This document shows, piece after piece, positions 36,754 to 46,291 of a DNA stretch of 64,000 bases. This DNA is from Gemmatimonadota bacterium (GTDB taxonomy: Bacteria; Gemmatimonadota; Gemmatimonadetes; Gemmatimonadales; GWC2-71-9). Position 1 is the stretch's first letter; the number at the start of each line of letters is the position of its first letter. The translations under genes and the position numbers were made by a program. A model generated the notes under the pieces. The model worked only from the letters and a program-made list of their open reading frames with translations, did not search any database and was not told the origin of the DNA. The stretch spans positions 4,387 to 68,386 of the forward strand of contig JAZDCY010000033.1 of the NCBI GenBank assembly GCA_036679645.1, written 5' to 3'.

Positions 36754-38373
36754 TTACCGCACCCGCCACGTCCAAAGCGTTGCCGCCCATTGATCCGAGC
36801 GAATCGTCACGTTGTCAAACCGTTCGTGTACGCCGGCTATCGTCGTCGGCGTGAACAACCAGACCCCGGGCGCATCTTCGTTGATGACCGTCATCGCCTC
36901 ACCCCACAGCGCTTGTGCGCGACCTGCGTCCCACTCGGTCGCCGCCGCTTGGAGCAGGGAATCGAACGCCGCGCTGCGGTACTCGCCGTAGTTGAACCCG
37001 CCAATCGCGGCACTCGACCAGAGCTCCCGGATCGCCGACGGCGTCACGTCGGTACCCCACATCCCCACCATCGCGTCGAACCGGCCCTGCCCTCCCCGAT
37101 CGACAAAGGCGTTGAACTCGACGGGCGTGATGCGTACCTCGATACCGACGGCACGCAACTGCTGCTCCATGATCACCGCCGCCTGCTCGCGCACCTGGCT
37201 GGTAGACGAGTAGATCAACTCGAACGACAGACGTTCCCCGGCGCGCTCGCGAATGCCGTCACCGTCGGTGTCACGCCATCCGAGATCGCTCAGCACCCGG
37301 CGCGCGGCCGCGGAATCGTACGGCAGTTGCCGGCGGTCGGGGTCCCATATGCTCGTTACGGGCGTCGTGGGTCCACCGGGGACCTGTCCCCACTCGCCAA
37401 ACACCGCCGCCACGATTGCATCGCGATCGATCGCCAGCGACACAGCACGACGCATTGCGCGGTCGGCAAACAGCGGGTTGGGACGTGTCCGGTCTCCCGA
37501 GGCACGGAGGTTGAACCCGAGGTACGCGTAGAGAATTGACCCATACTCGTACAGCCGGATGTGCTCCAGTTCGTGAACCCGCTCGATGTTGTCGCGACCG
37601 ATTACGGCCTCGATGATATCCGCGTCGCCGGCGGCCAGCTGCGCGATCGACGCCGTATAGTCCGGCGTGATACGCCAGATCAGACGCGCAATCCCAGGCG
37701 CACCCAGGAAGAACGACGAATCGGCCCGCAGCTCGATCGTCGTGTTGGGCTGCCACGCCACGAAACGATACGGGCCGGAGCCGATGGGATTCCGCAGGAA
37801 CTCGTGCGTGCCGAGCCGGGCGCGCGGGATCGTGTCGAGCAAGTGCCGCGGCATGATGTACAGGTGATAGACCGCGTCGTAGAACTGTTCCGGGTAGCTG
37901 CGGGAGAAATGAAACACGACCGTACGCTCGTCCGCCGCGGTGACGCTCTCGATGGCCTCCAACAGTGGCCCCGCCGTTGCCGCAATCGCTGAATCGGTAT
38001 ACAGGTCGTACGTGAACGCGACATCCGCGGCGGTCACGGCCACGCCGTCGTGCCAGCGGGCGTCCGGATGGATCCGAAACGAAGTCGTCAGTGAATCGTC
38101 GAACGTCCACGACTCGGCCAGGGCCGGGACGAAGCCATCGTCGCCCACCGTGTTCAGTTCGAGCCCCAGGTCGGCCAGCTTCAGGAAGAGTTGATGCCCC
38201 ACCGCCTGCCCGATATTCGTGCTGCTGAAGAGGGGGACGATGGCATCGGCGTCCGCCCCCGTCGTCACCACCGCAGCGGCGCAGTCGCCCACGCAGGGAG
38301 GCGCCGATTCGCACGCAGCCAGGCCAAGTGCGGTGGCACCGACGAGTACAGCCAGCTTGATAGGCATGGGCAT
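36754..38373 (-). CDS. ABC transporter substrate-binding lipoprotein, family 5 (peptide/nickel, OppA/DppA-like)
   Basis: Lipobox LGLAAC; 539 aa; SBP_bac_5-type sequence. Confidence 0.85.
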   Translation of the reverse strand: MPMPIKLAVLVGATALGLAACESAPPCVGDCAAAVVTTGADADAIVPLFSSTNIGQAVGHQLFLKLADLGLELNTVGDDGFVPALAESWTFDDSLTTSFRIHPDARWHDGVAVTAADVAFTYDLYTDSAIAATAGPLLEAIESVTAADERTVVFHFSRSYPEQFYDAVYHLYIMPRHLLDTIPRARLGTHEFLRNPIGSGPYRFVAWQPNTTIELRADSSFFLGAPGIARLIWRITPDYTASIAQLAAGDADIIEAVIGRDNIERVHELEHIRLYEYGSILYAYLGFNLRASGDRTRPNPLFADRAMRRAVSLAIDRDAIVAAVFGEWGQVPGGPTTPVTSIWDPDRRQLPYDSAAARRVLSDLGWRDTDGDGIRERAGERLSFELIYSSTSQVREQAAVIMEQQLRAVGIEVRITPVEFNAFVDRGGQGRFDAMVGMWGTDVTPSAIRELWSSAAIGGFNYGEYRSAAFDSLLQAAATEWDAGRAQALWGEAMTVINEDAPGVWLFTPTTIAGVHERFDNVTIRSDQWAATLWTWRVR

Positions 38374-38509
38374 CTAATGTAAGAGTGCGCCCCACTTTGA
38401 GCTAAGTGTATCAAAACGAGGCAGGCCCGCCGGAGGTCTGAGCATGAACATATCCATGTAATCCGTTGTAAAGCAACCTCTTACGTCGATCTTGCCATCA
38501 CCCTGACCC

Positions 38510-38524
38510 TGGCACCGGCGTTGC
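38510..38524 (+). promoter_or_regulatory. Sigma-54 promoter (-24/-12) TGGCACCGGCGTTGC
   Basis: Exact TGGCAC-N5-TTGC, 70 nt upstream of the DUF4382 gene start (38594). A sigma-54 enhancer-binding protein is encoded 1.7 kb downstream. Confidence 0.55.
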
Positions 38525-38593
38525 CCTTACTCCGGGCGGCAGCGGCATCGGGTCGCTCGCCCGCAGCTACGAACTTTGAGGAGGGATACCAAC

Positions 38594-39385
38594 ATGAAGC
38601 GCTTTATGGTTGCAATGGTTTTCACCACGTTTGCGGCTGCCGCATGCGGCGACAGCACCGGTCTGGGAGCGGGGGAGCGCGCTGTTTCGCTGTCGTTCAC
38701 GACAACGCAACCCGCGGGTGCGGCGTTCGCCGCCACCCGTCCGTTCTTTGGTGTGACCGGCGATACGGTGGTCTCGGGCACCGACATGATCATCATCGAC
38801 CGCGTTCGCATGGTCCTGCGCGAGATAGAGCTCAAGCGGGTTGAAGATCAGTTCTGCGAAGACTCCTCTGGCGAGGGCGAAGACAACGACGACTGTGAAG
38901 AGTTCGAGATCGGGCCGTTGCTCCTCGACCTTCCGCTCAACGGAATGGTCGAGACCGAGGTCTCGGTGGTCGTGGACACCGGCACGTACGACGAGATCGA
39001 GTTCGACATCCACAAACCCAGCGACGACTCTGCGGCTGATTCCGCCTTCCGGGCTGCCAATCCGCTATTCACCGAGACGAGTATCCGCGTCGAAGGTTCG
39101 TTCAACGGACAGCCGTTCGTATACGAGACGGACCTGAACGTCGATCAGGAAATCGAGTTGACCGATCCGTTGATCGTGACGGACCAAACAGCGGCGACGA
39201 ACGTCACACTGAGCGTCGCTCTCGACGTCTGGTTCCGCGACGCGTCGGGTGCCTTGGTCGATCCCGAGACCGGGAACAAGGGCAGCGTCAACGAGAACCT
39301 CATCAAGGACAACATCAAGGACTCCTTTGAAGCATTCGAAGATGAGGATCGCGACGGCGACGACGACGACGGGGACGACTCGTAG
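38594..39385 (+). CDS. DUF4382 domain lipoprotein with an acidic C-terminal tail (paralog 1)
   Basis: Start MKRFMVAMVFTTFAAAACGD; …IDRVRMVLREIELKR…YDEIEFDIHKP…; tail EDEDRDGDDDDGDDS. Confidence 0.7.
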   Translation: MKRFMVAMVFTTFAAAACGDSTGLGAGERAVSLSFTTTQPAGAAFAATRPFFGVTGDTVVSGTDMIIIDRVRMVLREIELKRVEDQFCEDSSGEGEDNDDCEEFEIGPLLLDLPLNGMVETEVSVVVDTGTYDEIEFDIHKPSDDSAADSAFRAANPLFTETSIRVEGSFNGQPFVYETDLNVDQEIELTDPLIVTDQTAATNVTLSVALDVWFRDASGALVDPETGNKGSVNENLIKDNIKDSFEAFEDEDRDGDDDDGDDS

Positions 39386-39457
39386 TCGCTAACTTTCAGC
39401 GCATTGGTGGGGGCGCGCTTCGAGCGTCCCCACATCGCTGACATAGGAGGATCAATC

Positions 39458-40213
39458 GTGAAACGCCTAATACTCGCTATGCTCGTCGCCATTGCGGCGG
39501 CATGTACGACGACGAACGGGCCGGACAGCGAGTTTGCCAACGTCCAGGTGTCGTTCGCCACACAGCGACCGGCCGGACCTCTGGCGTCGGGCGCTTTCCT
39601 GAGCCGGGCCGCCGGAGACACCATCATCACCGGGACCGACACGCTCGTGATCGACCGCGTACAGGTGGTCTTGCGGGAAATCGAACTGAAGCGCGTGGCA
39701 ACGACGGACTGCGACAGCGCGGCCGATGAGGACGCGTGTGAGAGATTCGAAACGGGTCCGGTGCTCGTTGACCTGCCGCTCGGCAGCACGGTTCAGCAGA
39801 AGTTCGCGGTGAACGTGCCCGTCGGCAGCTACAACGAAATCGAGTTCGACATCCACAAGCCCGACGATGACGATCCGAGCGACCAGGTATTCATCGCCAA
39901 CAACCCGACGTTCGCCGCCATCAGCATACGCGTGACGGGAACGTTCAACGATACGGCATACGTGTACACGTCCGATCTCAATGTCCAGCAGGAGCTGGCT
40001 TTGGTACCCGCGCTCGAGATTACGGACATGACGGGTGCGACGAACCTCACCGTCCTGGTCGATATCGACTCGTGGTTCCGCAATGCGTCCGGTGCGGTGG
40101 TGGACCCCACCTCCGCCAACAAGGGCGGTCCCAACGAGAACCTCGTGAAGGAGAACATCAAGAACTCGGTCGAGGCGTTCGAAGATGACGATCGGGACGG
40201 CGCAGAGGACTAA
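39458..40213 (+). CDS. DUF4382 domain lipoprotein with an acidic C-terminal tail (paralog 2)
   Basis: GTG start preceded by AGGAGG; VKRLILAMLVAIAAACTT; colinear with paralog 1 (…IDRVQVVLREIELKR…YNEIEFDIHKP…). Confidence 0.7.
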   Translation: MKRLILAMLVAIAAACTTTNGPDSEFANVQVSFATQRPAGPLASGAFLSRAAGDTIITGTDTLVIDRVQVVLREIELKRVATTDCDSAADEDACERFETGPVLVDLPLGSTVQQKFAVNVPVGSYNEIEFDIHKPDDDDPSDQVFIANNPTFAAISIRVTGTFNDTAYVYTSDLNVQQELALVPALEITDMTGATNLTVLVDIDSWFRNASGAVVDPTSANKGGPNENLVKENIKNSVEAFEDDDRDGAED

Positions 40214-40222
40214 CGGGCCAGC

Positions 40223-41563
40223 GTGAGCGACAACCCCGTACTTGCGATCGTCATGATCTCCGATTCCTTCGAGTCGGCCTGGCCGGATCTCGCCGAGGAG
40301 GCGAAGGCTATGCTGGCCACCTTGGCCCCGGGCGACGAGGCGCCGTCAGGTGTATCGGCGGTCCTCGTTGCCGCGGGCGGGATGGAGGCAAAGGGGCTGG
40401 AGACCGTCCAGGAGGTCGCGGACCGCGCGGCGGGACCGGTCTACCTGGTCGGCTCAGAGCCATCGCATCGCTTCGGAGTCGAAGCCGTGCGGCACGGCGC
40501 GGCAGATTACTTCGCCCTGCCCCAGGACTACGACCTCCTGCGACGTACGGTGTTCTCGCGCATCGACGCATCGCGCGAGCGGCATCGGCGCTCGGGTGAG
40601 CGGAAGCTCGGCGATCCCTTTGCCGAGTTGATCGGCGAGAGCCCTGCGCTCAAGGACACGCTCCACAAGGCGAGTCGGGTGCTGCGGCACCGGGACATCA
40701 CGGTGCTGATCGGCGGGGAGACCGGTACCGGCAAGGAGCTACTTGCCCGGGCGCTGCACCGGGGCAGCCCGCGAGCCGATGGACCGTTCGTCGCTGTTAA
40801 CTGTGCCGCCATCCCGGCGCAGCTGCTCGAGAGCGAGCTGTTCGGTCACGAGCGGGGCGCCTTCACCGACGCGCACCGCGCCAAGCCCGGCCTCTTCGAG
40901 GAAGCCGACAGCGGCACGCTCTTTCTGGATGAGATTGGGCACCTCCCGCTTCCGCTGCAGGGCAAGCTGCTGCGCGCGCTGGACGATCGGGAAATTCGCC
41001 GAGTTGGTGCAACGCGCTCCAAGTCGGTCGACGTGCGTATCGTCTCCGCCACGAACGTGGACCTGCGTGATTCCGTGGCGCGCGGGGACTTTCGCGAAGA
41101 CCTCTTCTATCGGCTGAACGTGGTACACCTCACGCTCCCTCCGCTGCGCGAGCGCGGTGACGACGTCATTCGTCTGGCCGAGAGATTTGCGGTCTCGCTG
41201 GCGCAGCGATACGGCCTGCAGGTGCCCCGCCTGAGCAGCCGCGTCCACGACACGCTGCGCGCGTATCCGTGGCCGGGCAACGTGCGCGAGCTGCGCCACG
41301 CAATCGAGCGCGCGCTCGTGCTCTCCGAGCCGGGCACCCTGGCCGTCGATGAGCTCACGCCGCCGGCGCCCGCGCCCGCAGGTGGCACGTCACCTCTGCC
41401 GTTCCCGGCGACGCTCGACGCGATCGAGGCGGCCGCGGCACAGGCCGCGGTCGAGCTCCACAAAGGAAACAAGAGCGCCGCGGCACGCGGGCTGGGCATC
41501 TCGCGATCCCGTCTGCAACGGCTGCTCGACCTGGCGGAGGTCTCCGATGCCGGCGCTGAATGA
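40223..41563 (+). CDS. Sigma-54-dependent transcriptional activator (NtrC/Fis family) with a degenerate receiver-like N-terminus
   Basis: AAA+ Walker [15 protein letters not shown] loop, C-terminal Fis-type HTH ([21 protein letters not shown]). The N-terminal domain appears to lack the canonical phosphoacceptor Asp context. Confidence 0.9.
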   Translation: MSDNPVLAIVMISDSFESAWPDLAEEAKAMLATLAPGDEAPSGVSAVLVAAGGMEAKGLETVQEVADRAAGPVYLVGSEPSHRFGVEAVRHGAADYFALPQDYDLLRRTVFSRIDASRERHRRSGERKLGDPFAELIGESPALKDTLHKASRVLRHRDITVLIGGETGTGKELLARALHRGSPRADGPFVAVNCAAIPAQLLESELFGHERGAFTDAHRAKPGLFEEADSGTLFLDEIGHLPLPLQGKLLRALDDREIRRVGATRSKSVDVRIVSATNVDLRDSVARGDFREDLFYRLNVVHLTLPPLRERGDDVIRLAERFAVSLAQRYGLQVPRLSSRVHDTLRAYPWPGNVRELRHAIERALVLSEPGTLAVDELTPPAPAPAGGTSPLPFPATLDAIEAAAAQAAVELHKGNKSAAARGLGISRSRLQRLLDLAEVSDAGAE

Positions 41564-42551
41564 TCCGCTGCGCCGCGCGCGCCGGTCTGTGCAAGAGCGA
41601 CGGTTCCAGGAAGCGTCCGACGAGCTGCGACGTTCGGGACGCGAGGAGCGCGAAGCGCCAGAGTGGCGGTTGCTCTTTGCGATCGTGGCGTGGCGTCTGG
41701 GAGACTTCACCGCAAGCCGCGCGGAAGCCAAGCAGGCGTGCCTAGCGTTCAGCAGTCGCGGGGACGCAGACGGCGAAATGCGCGCCGCCAATGTCGCCGC
41801 GGCCGGCGCCTTTGCACTCGGCGATCTGGAAGAAGCCGAGATGGGGTTCGAGCAGGCACTGGCGATCGCGAAGCGGTTGTCCGATGAGGTGATGATCGCG
41901 CGATGCTCGAACAATCTCGGCAATGTCTGGTTCTACCTGGGTCGGCACGAGCGCGCACAGGCCTACTACCGGTTGGCCCGCGCCGGGTTCGAGCGGGTGG
42001 GGTTCGACCACGGTATTGCCGAGACGTGGCTGAACTCGGGCTTCGTGCTGCGTGACCTCGGCAAGATGGAGGAGGCTTACACGGCGGCGGATACCGCGCT
42101 CGACATCGCCGAGCGCGCGGGCTCGACGCGAGTTATCGCGCAGGTGTTCTCGAGCCGCGGCGAAGCGACCGCCGCACTTGGCGACGTGGCGCTTGGCGAG
42201 AGCCAGGTGCAGCGGGGCTTGGCGCTCGCGCAGCAGGAAGAGGACCGGCTCGCTGAGGCCGAAGCGCTGCGGGTCTTGGGAAACATCGCGCGCGCGCGCG
42301 AGCAACTGGACGACGCGGAGCGTCTCGGGCGGCAGGCGCTCGAGATCGTGAGCGATGCACACCACCCGTGGGCGGCGGCGGAGGTGCAGCGCGATCTCGC
42401 GGCGACCTATCTTGCCCAGCACCGTCCGGCCGAAGCGGCGGCGGCGTACCGGGCGGCGGAGGGAGCGTTCCTCCGGCTCGGATCGATGGTACGCGCCCAC
42501 AAGATGGCTCAGTTGGCCAACGACGTCCCGTCATCCAACCCAACCAACTAG
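41547..42551 (+). CDS. TPR repeat protein
   Basis: Start MPALNDPL overlaps the activator stop by 17 nt. Repeated Ala/Leu-rich TPR-like helices. Confidence 0.7.
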   Translation: MPALNDPLRRARRSVQERRFQEASDELRRSGREEREAPEWRLLFAIVAWRLGDFTASRAEAKQACLAFSSRGDADGEMRAANVAAAGAFALGDLEEAEMGFEQALAIAKRLSDEVMIARCSNNLGNVWFYLGRHERAQAYYRLARAGFERVGFDHGIAETWLNSGFVLRDLGKMEEAYTAADTALDIAERAGSTRVIAQVFSSRGEATAALGDVALGESQVQRGLALAQQEEDRLAEAEALRVLGNIARAREQLDDAERLGRQALEIVSDAHHPWAAAEVQRDLAATYLAQHRPAEAAAAYRAAEGAFLRLGSMVRAHKMAQLANDVPSSNPTN

Positions 42552-43381
42552 TCGCGCGCAGGCTCGAAGAGGGCGCGTCCGTACCGCGCAACCCCGTACT
42601 CCCCAATTGCGCGAAGCGTCTCCGGAGAGAGCAGATACTCGGCGAGCAGCCGCGCGCCTTCCGCATTGACGTGCGGGAACCGCTCTGGGTTGACGCGTAT
42701 CACGTGATAGGAGTTCACGAGCGCGCTGTCGTGTTCTACGAAAACCTCGAGACGTAGCGGCGCCTTGTGGGCGAGAAAAGTGCCGATGTCGGACAACGTG
42801 TAAGCACCGAACTGGTCGGCGATCACGAGCGACGCACCCATCCCCTGCCCAGTCTCACGGAGCATGTCCTCTGCGGGTTCGACGCCGCTCAACCCCCACA
42901 AGAGCCTTTCGCGCGTATGGGTCCCCGATCGATCGCCGCGAGACACGAACAAAGCCCCGTACGCGACGATGGCGCGAAACGCATCGACCGCCGAACGACC
43001 ACGAATGGCGGCAGGATCCTCCGGAGGTCCGACGATCACGAAGGTATTGTGCATGAGCGGACGCCGGTCGATCCCGAAACCCTCATCCACGAACCGGCGC
43101 TCCCCGTCGGGTTCGTGCAGGATGAGGATGTCGGCAACGCCACGGCGACCCAATTCCATGGCTTGTCCACTGCCCACGGCCAAGACCCGGACACTGACGC
43201 CGCTTGCCAGCTCGAAGGGAGGCAGCAGGACGTCCAGCAGACCCGCATCTCGCACGGACGTCGTGGTCGCAAGAACGACGTCCCTGGTCTGGGCTGCTGC
43301 AGCGGGCACGACGAAGGGCGGCGTGAACGCCGCCATAATGGCGCAGAGGAGGGCGCGGACGGAAAGGCCGTGACGAGACAT
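42548..43381 (-). CDS. Periplasmic substrate-binding protein (tungstate/molybdate TupA-like PBP), orphan
   Basis: Start MSRHGLSVRALLCAIMA; …ATTTSVRDAGLLDVL…AVGSGQAMELGRRG…SRGDRSGTH… is typical of the family. No ABC partner is adjacent. Confidence 0.7.
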   Translation of the reverse strand: MSRHGLSVRALLCAIMAAFTPPFVVPAAAAQTRDVVLATTTSVRDAGLLDVLLPPFELASGVSVRVLAVGSGQAMELGRRGVADILILHEPDGERRFVDEGFGIDRRPLMHNTFVIVGPPEDPAAIRGRSAVDAFRAIVAYGALFVSRGDRSGTHTRERLLWGLSGVEPAEDMLRETGQGMGASLVIADQFGAYTLSDIGTFLAHKAPLRLEVFVEHDSALVNSYHVIRVNPERFPHVNAEGARLLAEYLLSPETLRAIGEYGVARYGRALFEPARD

Positions 43382-43416
43382 AGCTCCAATCTCGCCCCGG
43401 TACCTCCGCGGCGGCA

Positions 43417-44016
43417 CTAGGAGGAGGAGTCGGCTCCCTGGGATAGCGGTTCAACCGAGGGTTGAATCACCGTGTCCTGCGGCTCGAAGGGCACCGGAAT
43501 GGGCCGGGACGGCCGGATCTCGTGCTCACCTCCGATCACTGTACCCACACCCACCGCGCCGCCCACCAGGGCCACCACCAGCGCGACGCGCGCCACGAAC
43601 CGCTTGGCACTCGGCGCCAGCCGATCGCGGAGTTGGCGGTTCTCACTCCTGAGTATGGCCTTCTCGGCGGCCTTTTCGACCGCGGCGGCCAGATGGCCCA
43701 TGTCCACCGGCTTCTCGAGAAAGTTCTCCGCCCCTAACTGCATTGCCTTCACCGCCGTCTCGATCTCTCCATGCCCGGTCAGCATGATGACCATGGCGTG
43801 CTGGCGGCGTAGGTATTCCAACACCTCTATCCCGGACATCTCCGGCATCTGGAGATCGACGACGGTGACGTGCGGCGAGACCTGCTCGAACAGGCCCACA
43901 CCCTCCTTGCCGTTGGACGCCGTGAAGACCTCGTACCCCAACTTCTGGAAATAGCGGCCCAGCGCACTCCGGACCGCTTCTTCGTCATCGATCAGCAGTA
44001 CGCGATATTCGCTCAC
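43417..44016 (-). CDS. Response regulator receiver domain protein with a C-terminal TM anchor
   Basis: VLLIDDE...VVDLQMPEMSG...EKP, then a hydrophobic segment VALVVALVGGAVGVGTVIGG. Confidence 0.8.
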   Translation of the reverse strand: MSEYRVLLIDDEEAVRSALGRYFQKLGYEVFTASNGKEGVGLFEQVSPHVTVVDLQMPEMSGIEVLEYLRRQHAMVIMLTGHGEIETAVKAMQLGAENFLEKPVDMGHLAAAVEKAAEKAILRSENRQLRDRLAPSAKRFVARVALVVALVGGAVGVGTVIGGEHEIRPSRPIPVPFEPQDTVIQPSVEPLSQGADSSS

Positions 44017-44099
44017 AAATCGCTCCCATCAGGTAGTAGACCCCACAGGTGGGGAACCTTGAGAGAGTTATCGGTAAGTCGCAGCCGTTTCCAAAGACG

Positions 44100-44924
44100 T
44101 CAGCCCGTCTCGAAGAGTTCGGCTTGGGTGCGGAGTGAGGCCGGGTCCACCGGCTGCTGGCCGACCCGCCTTTGGATCTCCCGGGCGGTCTCGGGGCTAT
44201 GGCCCTGATAGTGGTTGTTGACATACCCAAAAACCGTGCGAACCCGCCGCGCCAGCGCCGTCAAGATCTCTCCCCACGCGCTCAGATCCGCGCCCCGATC
44301 GAGCTGGACCCTGGAATAATCGGTGATGGCCCGGTTGGCACCCATCCACCGCACGTACGCGAAGTCCGCCGTAGGTTGGCGCGCGCACTCGAACACCCGT
44401 GTACGCCGGAGCCAGCGACCATCGGACAGGGTGAGCGCAACACGTCGCTCGGTCAGAAGATCCATTGTCTCCGTGGTGAGCCACCTGGGATCGCGGAACT
44501 CGATGGCCCAGCGGAATTCGCCGCTCAATCCGGCAAGAAACTCCGCCAGCACATCGCGGGTCGCAGGTGTCGGTCGCCAATCGGGCGCCATCTGGAGCAG
44601 AAGAACGCCCAACCGGGCGCCCAACGGTCGAACTCGCTCCAGAAACCGCTCGAGTTCTCCATCTACATCCACCAGCCGGCGCTCGTGGGTGACCTGCTGC
44701 GGCACCTTGAGGGAGAAGCGGAAATCGTCCGGCACCCGCTCGATCCACCCCCGCACTACCGGTTCAGGTGGAATCGCGTAGAACGTCGAGTCCACTTCGA
44801 CGGTGCGAAACGCCAGTGCGTAGGTACCGAGCATGTCGCGCGGGCGCGTGCCAACGGGATAAAACGGCCCGACCCACGCCGGATAGTTCCACCCCTGCGT
44901 TCCGAGGCGTATCTCCGCACTCAC
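44100..44924 (-). CDS. DUF72 family protein
   Basis: GTG start at 44924 (4-nt overlap with the upstream gene); IRLGTQGWNYPAWVGPFYP...FEFRDPRW are DUF72 motifs. Confidence 0.8.
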   Translation of the reverse strand: MSAEIRLGTQGWNYPAWVGPFYPVGTRPRDMLGTYALAFRTVEVDSTFYAIPPEPVVRGWIERVPDDFRFSLKVPQQVTHERRLVDVDGELERFLERVRPLGARLGVLLLQMAPDWRPTPATRDVLAEFLAGLSGEFRWAIEFRDPRWLTTETMDLLTERRVALTLSDGRWLRRTRVFECARQPTADFAYVRWMGANRAITDYSRVQLDRGADLSAWGEILTALARRVRTVFGYVNNHYQGHSPETAREIQRRVGQQPVDPASLRTQAELFETG

Positions 44925-45304
44925 GGCGTGGTGACGACTCGGTGCCAGTACATGCGCACCTCCGACAGAAGATCGTTCTCCGTCTCGCAGAAGAGCGAGC
45001 CCCGCAGATCGACCGGCTCGCCAGTGCGACGCCGGCGGAATGTGCACCTGAATTCAGTGGCGAACCACGGGCCCGCAACGAAGATCTCGCCGAACCGGAA
45101 CGAGATTTCCGCCTGCTCCTTGGGGAGATCCTGCCAGTAGGCGCGAATCGCATCGTGGCCGCTCAAGGGTGGGTCGAACGGGGACGGGGCAAAGACCCCG
45201 TCTGGGGTGAAGACGCTCAGGATCTGCTCGGCGTCCTCCTTTTCCCACCCCTTCCCGAAGCGCGCGATGAGCGCCGAATACCGGTCCCTCGTATCATCTG
45301 TCAT
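44921..45304 (-). CDS. NTF2-like / SnoaL-like (DUF4440-type) protein
   Basis: 127 aa; …ILSVFTPDGVFAPSPF…GHDAIRAYW…. Confidence 0.65.
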   Translation of the reverse strand: MTDDTRDRYSALIARFGKGWEKEDAEQILSVFTPDGVFAPSPFDPPLSGHDAIRAYWQDLPKEQAEISFRFGEIFVAGPWFATEFRCTFRRRRTGEPVDLRGSLFCETENDLLSEVRMYWHRVVTTP

Positions 45305-45316
45305 GGCGGGAAGCTT

Positions 45317-46291
45317 ATGAATGTACCAAACGGTCCGCCAGGTTCGGGCGAGAGGGTCGTGATCGACACCGACCCCGGGATCGATGATGTGGTGACCCTC
45401 GTCCTGGCCGCCCGGTCTCCCGAGATCGACGTCGCGGCCGTCACCACCACATACGGCAACGCCCCGCTCGCCCTAACGACGCGGAACGCTCGTCACGTAC
45501 TTGGCCTCTGCGGGCGACCGGACGTTCCGGTACACCCGGGATCCGATCGTCCCCTCGAGCGGGCACTGGTGACGGCACCCGAGACGCACGGCGAAACCGG
45601 CGTAGGTTATGCGCCGGTCCCTGACCCGCCCGCGGGCGAAACCACCCCCTTGATGCCAAACCCGACCGCCTTGCTCGACGTGCTTCGGGCGCAACCCGAG
45701 CCCGTAACGCTCGTTACCCTGGGACCGCTCACGAATCTCGCACACGCGCTGAGAACCGATCGATCCACGGTTCACGCGTCCGTGCGACGACACATCGGGA
45801 TGTTCGGCAACCTGCATGAGCGTGGCAACACCAACCGATGGGCGGACTTCAATGCCTGGTGTGACCCCGAAGCCGTTGTCGAGGTATTCCGCAACGGCCC
45901 TCGGTGCGAGATGGTGGGCCTGGACGTCACGAGACGGATGATCGTGACCCGCGGGGAGGTGGAACGCCTCGCCTCGTCACCCGATCCAGTAGTGCGCTGG
46001 CTCACCGATGCCTTGCGTTTTTATGTCGACTTTCACAGCGGTGAAGAGCGGCTGGACGGGTGCGTGGTCAACGATGTGCTCACGGTCGGCGAGCTGCTTC
46101 ATCCCGGCCTGCTGGATTTCCAGACGTACGGGCTGAAGATTGTGACCCGCGATGATGAAGAGCGCGGCCGCACCGTCGAGTCCGCCGACGGCGATCACGT
46201 ACGTGCGGCGCTGGACATAGACGCTCCCGCCATGCACAGGTTACTGGACCGAGTATTCGGGAGAGACTGGGACCGCGAGGGAGGTACTTGA
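45317..46291 (+). CDS. Nucleoside hydrolase (IUNH family)
   Basis: Start MNVPNG at 45317; the VVIDTDPGIDDVV aspartate cluster is the signature. Confidence 0.85.
   Translation: MNVPNGPPGSGERVVIDTDPGIDDVVTLVLAARSPEIDVAAVTTTYGNAPLALTTRNARHVLGLCGRPDVPVHPGSDRPLERALVTAPETHGETGVGYAPVPDPPAGETTPLMPNPTALLDVLRAQPEPVTLVTLGPLTNLAHALRTDRSTVHASVRRHIGMFGNLHERGNTNRWADFNAWCDPEAVVEVFRNGPRCEMVGLDVTRRMIVTRGEVERLASSPDPVVRWLTDALRFYVDFHSGEERLDGCVVNDVLTVGELLHPGLLDFQTYGLKIVTRDDEERGRTVESADGDHVRAALDIDAPAMHRLLDRVFGRDWDREGGT

Noticed and set aside
35565-36854. 429-aa ORF on the plus strand
   Set aside because: It lies entirely antisense to the well-supported nadE gene. It has Arg/Pro/Gly-rich composition and no recognisable domain, the typical shadow ORF of high-GC DNA.
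37271-38395. 374-aa ORF on the minus strand
   Set aside because: It is an alternative frame of the OppA-like substrate-binding protein gene (36754..38373). Its Arg/Gly-rich sequence has no family features.
39386-39457. Second sigma-54 promoter upstream of DUF4382 paralog 2 (TTGGTGGGGGCGCGCTT)
   Set aside because: The GG and GC elements are not at the required GG-N10-GC spacing. The second paralog is more likely co-transcribed or uses another promoter.
44172-45140. 322-aa ORF on the plus strand
   Set aside because: It is antisense to the DUF72 and NTF2-like genes, which have clear family motifs. Its composition is typical of a shadow ORF.
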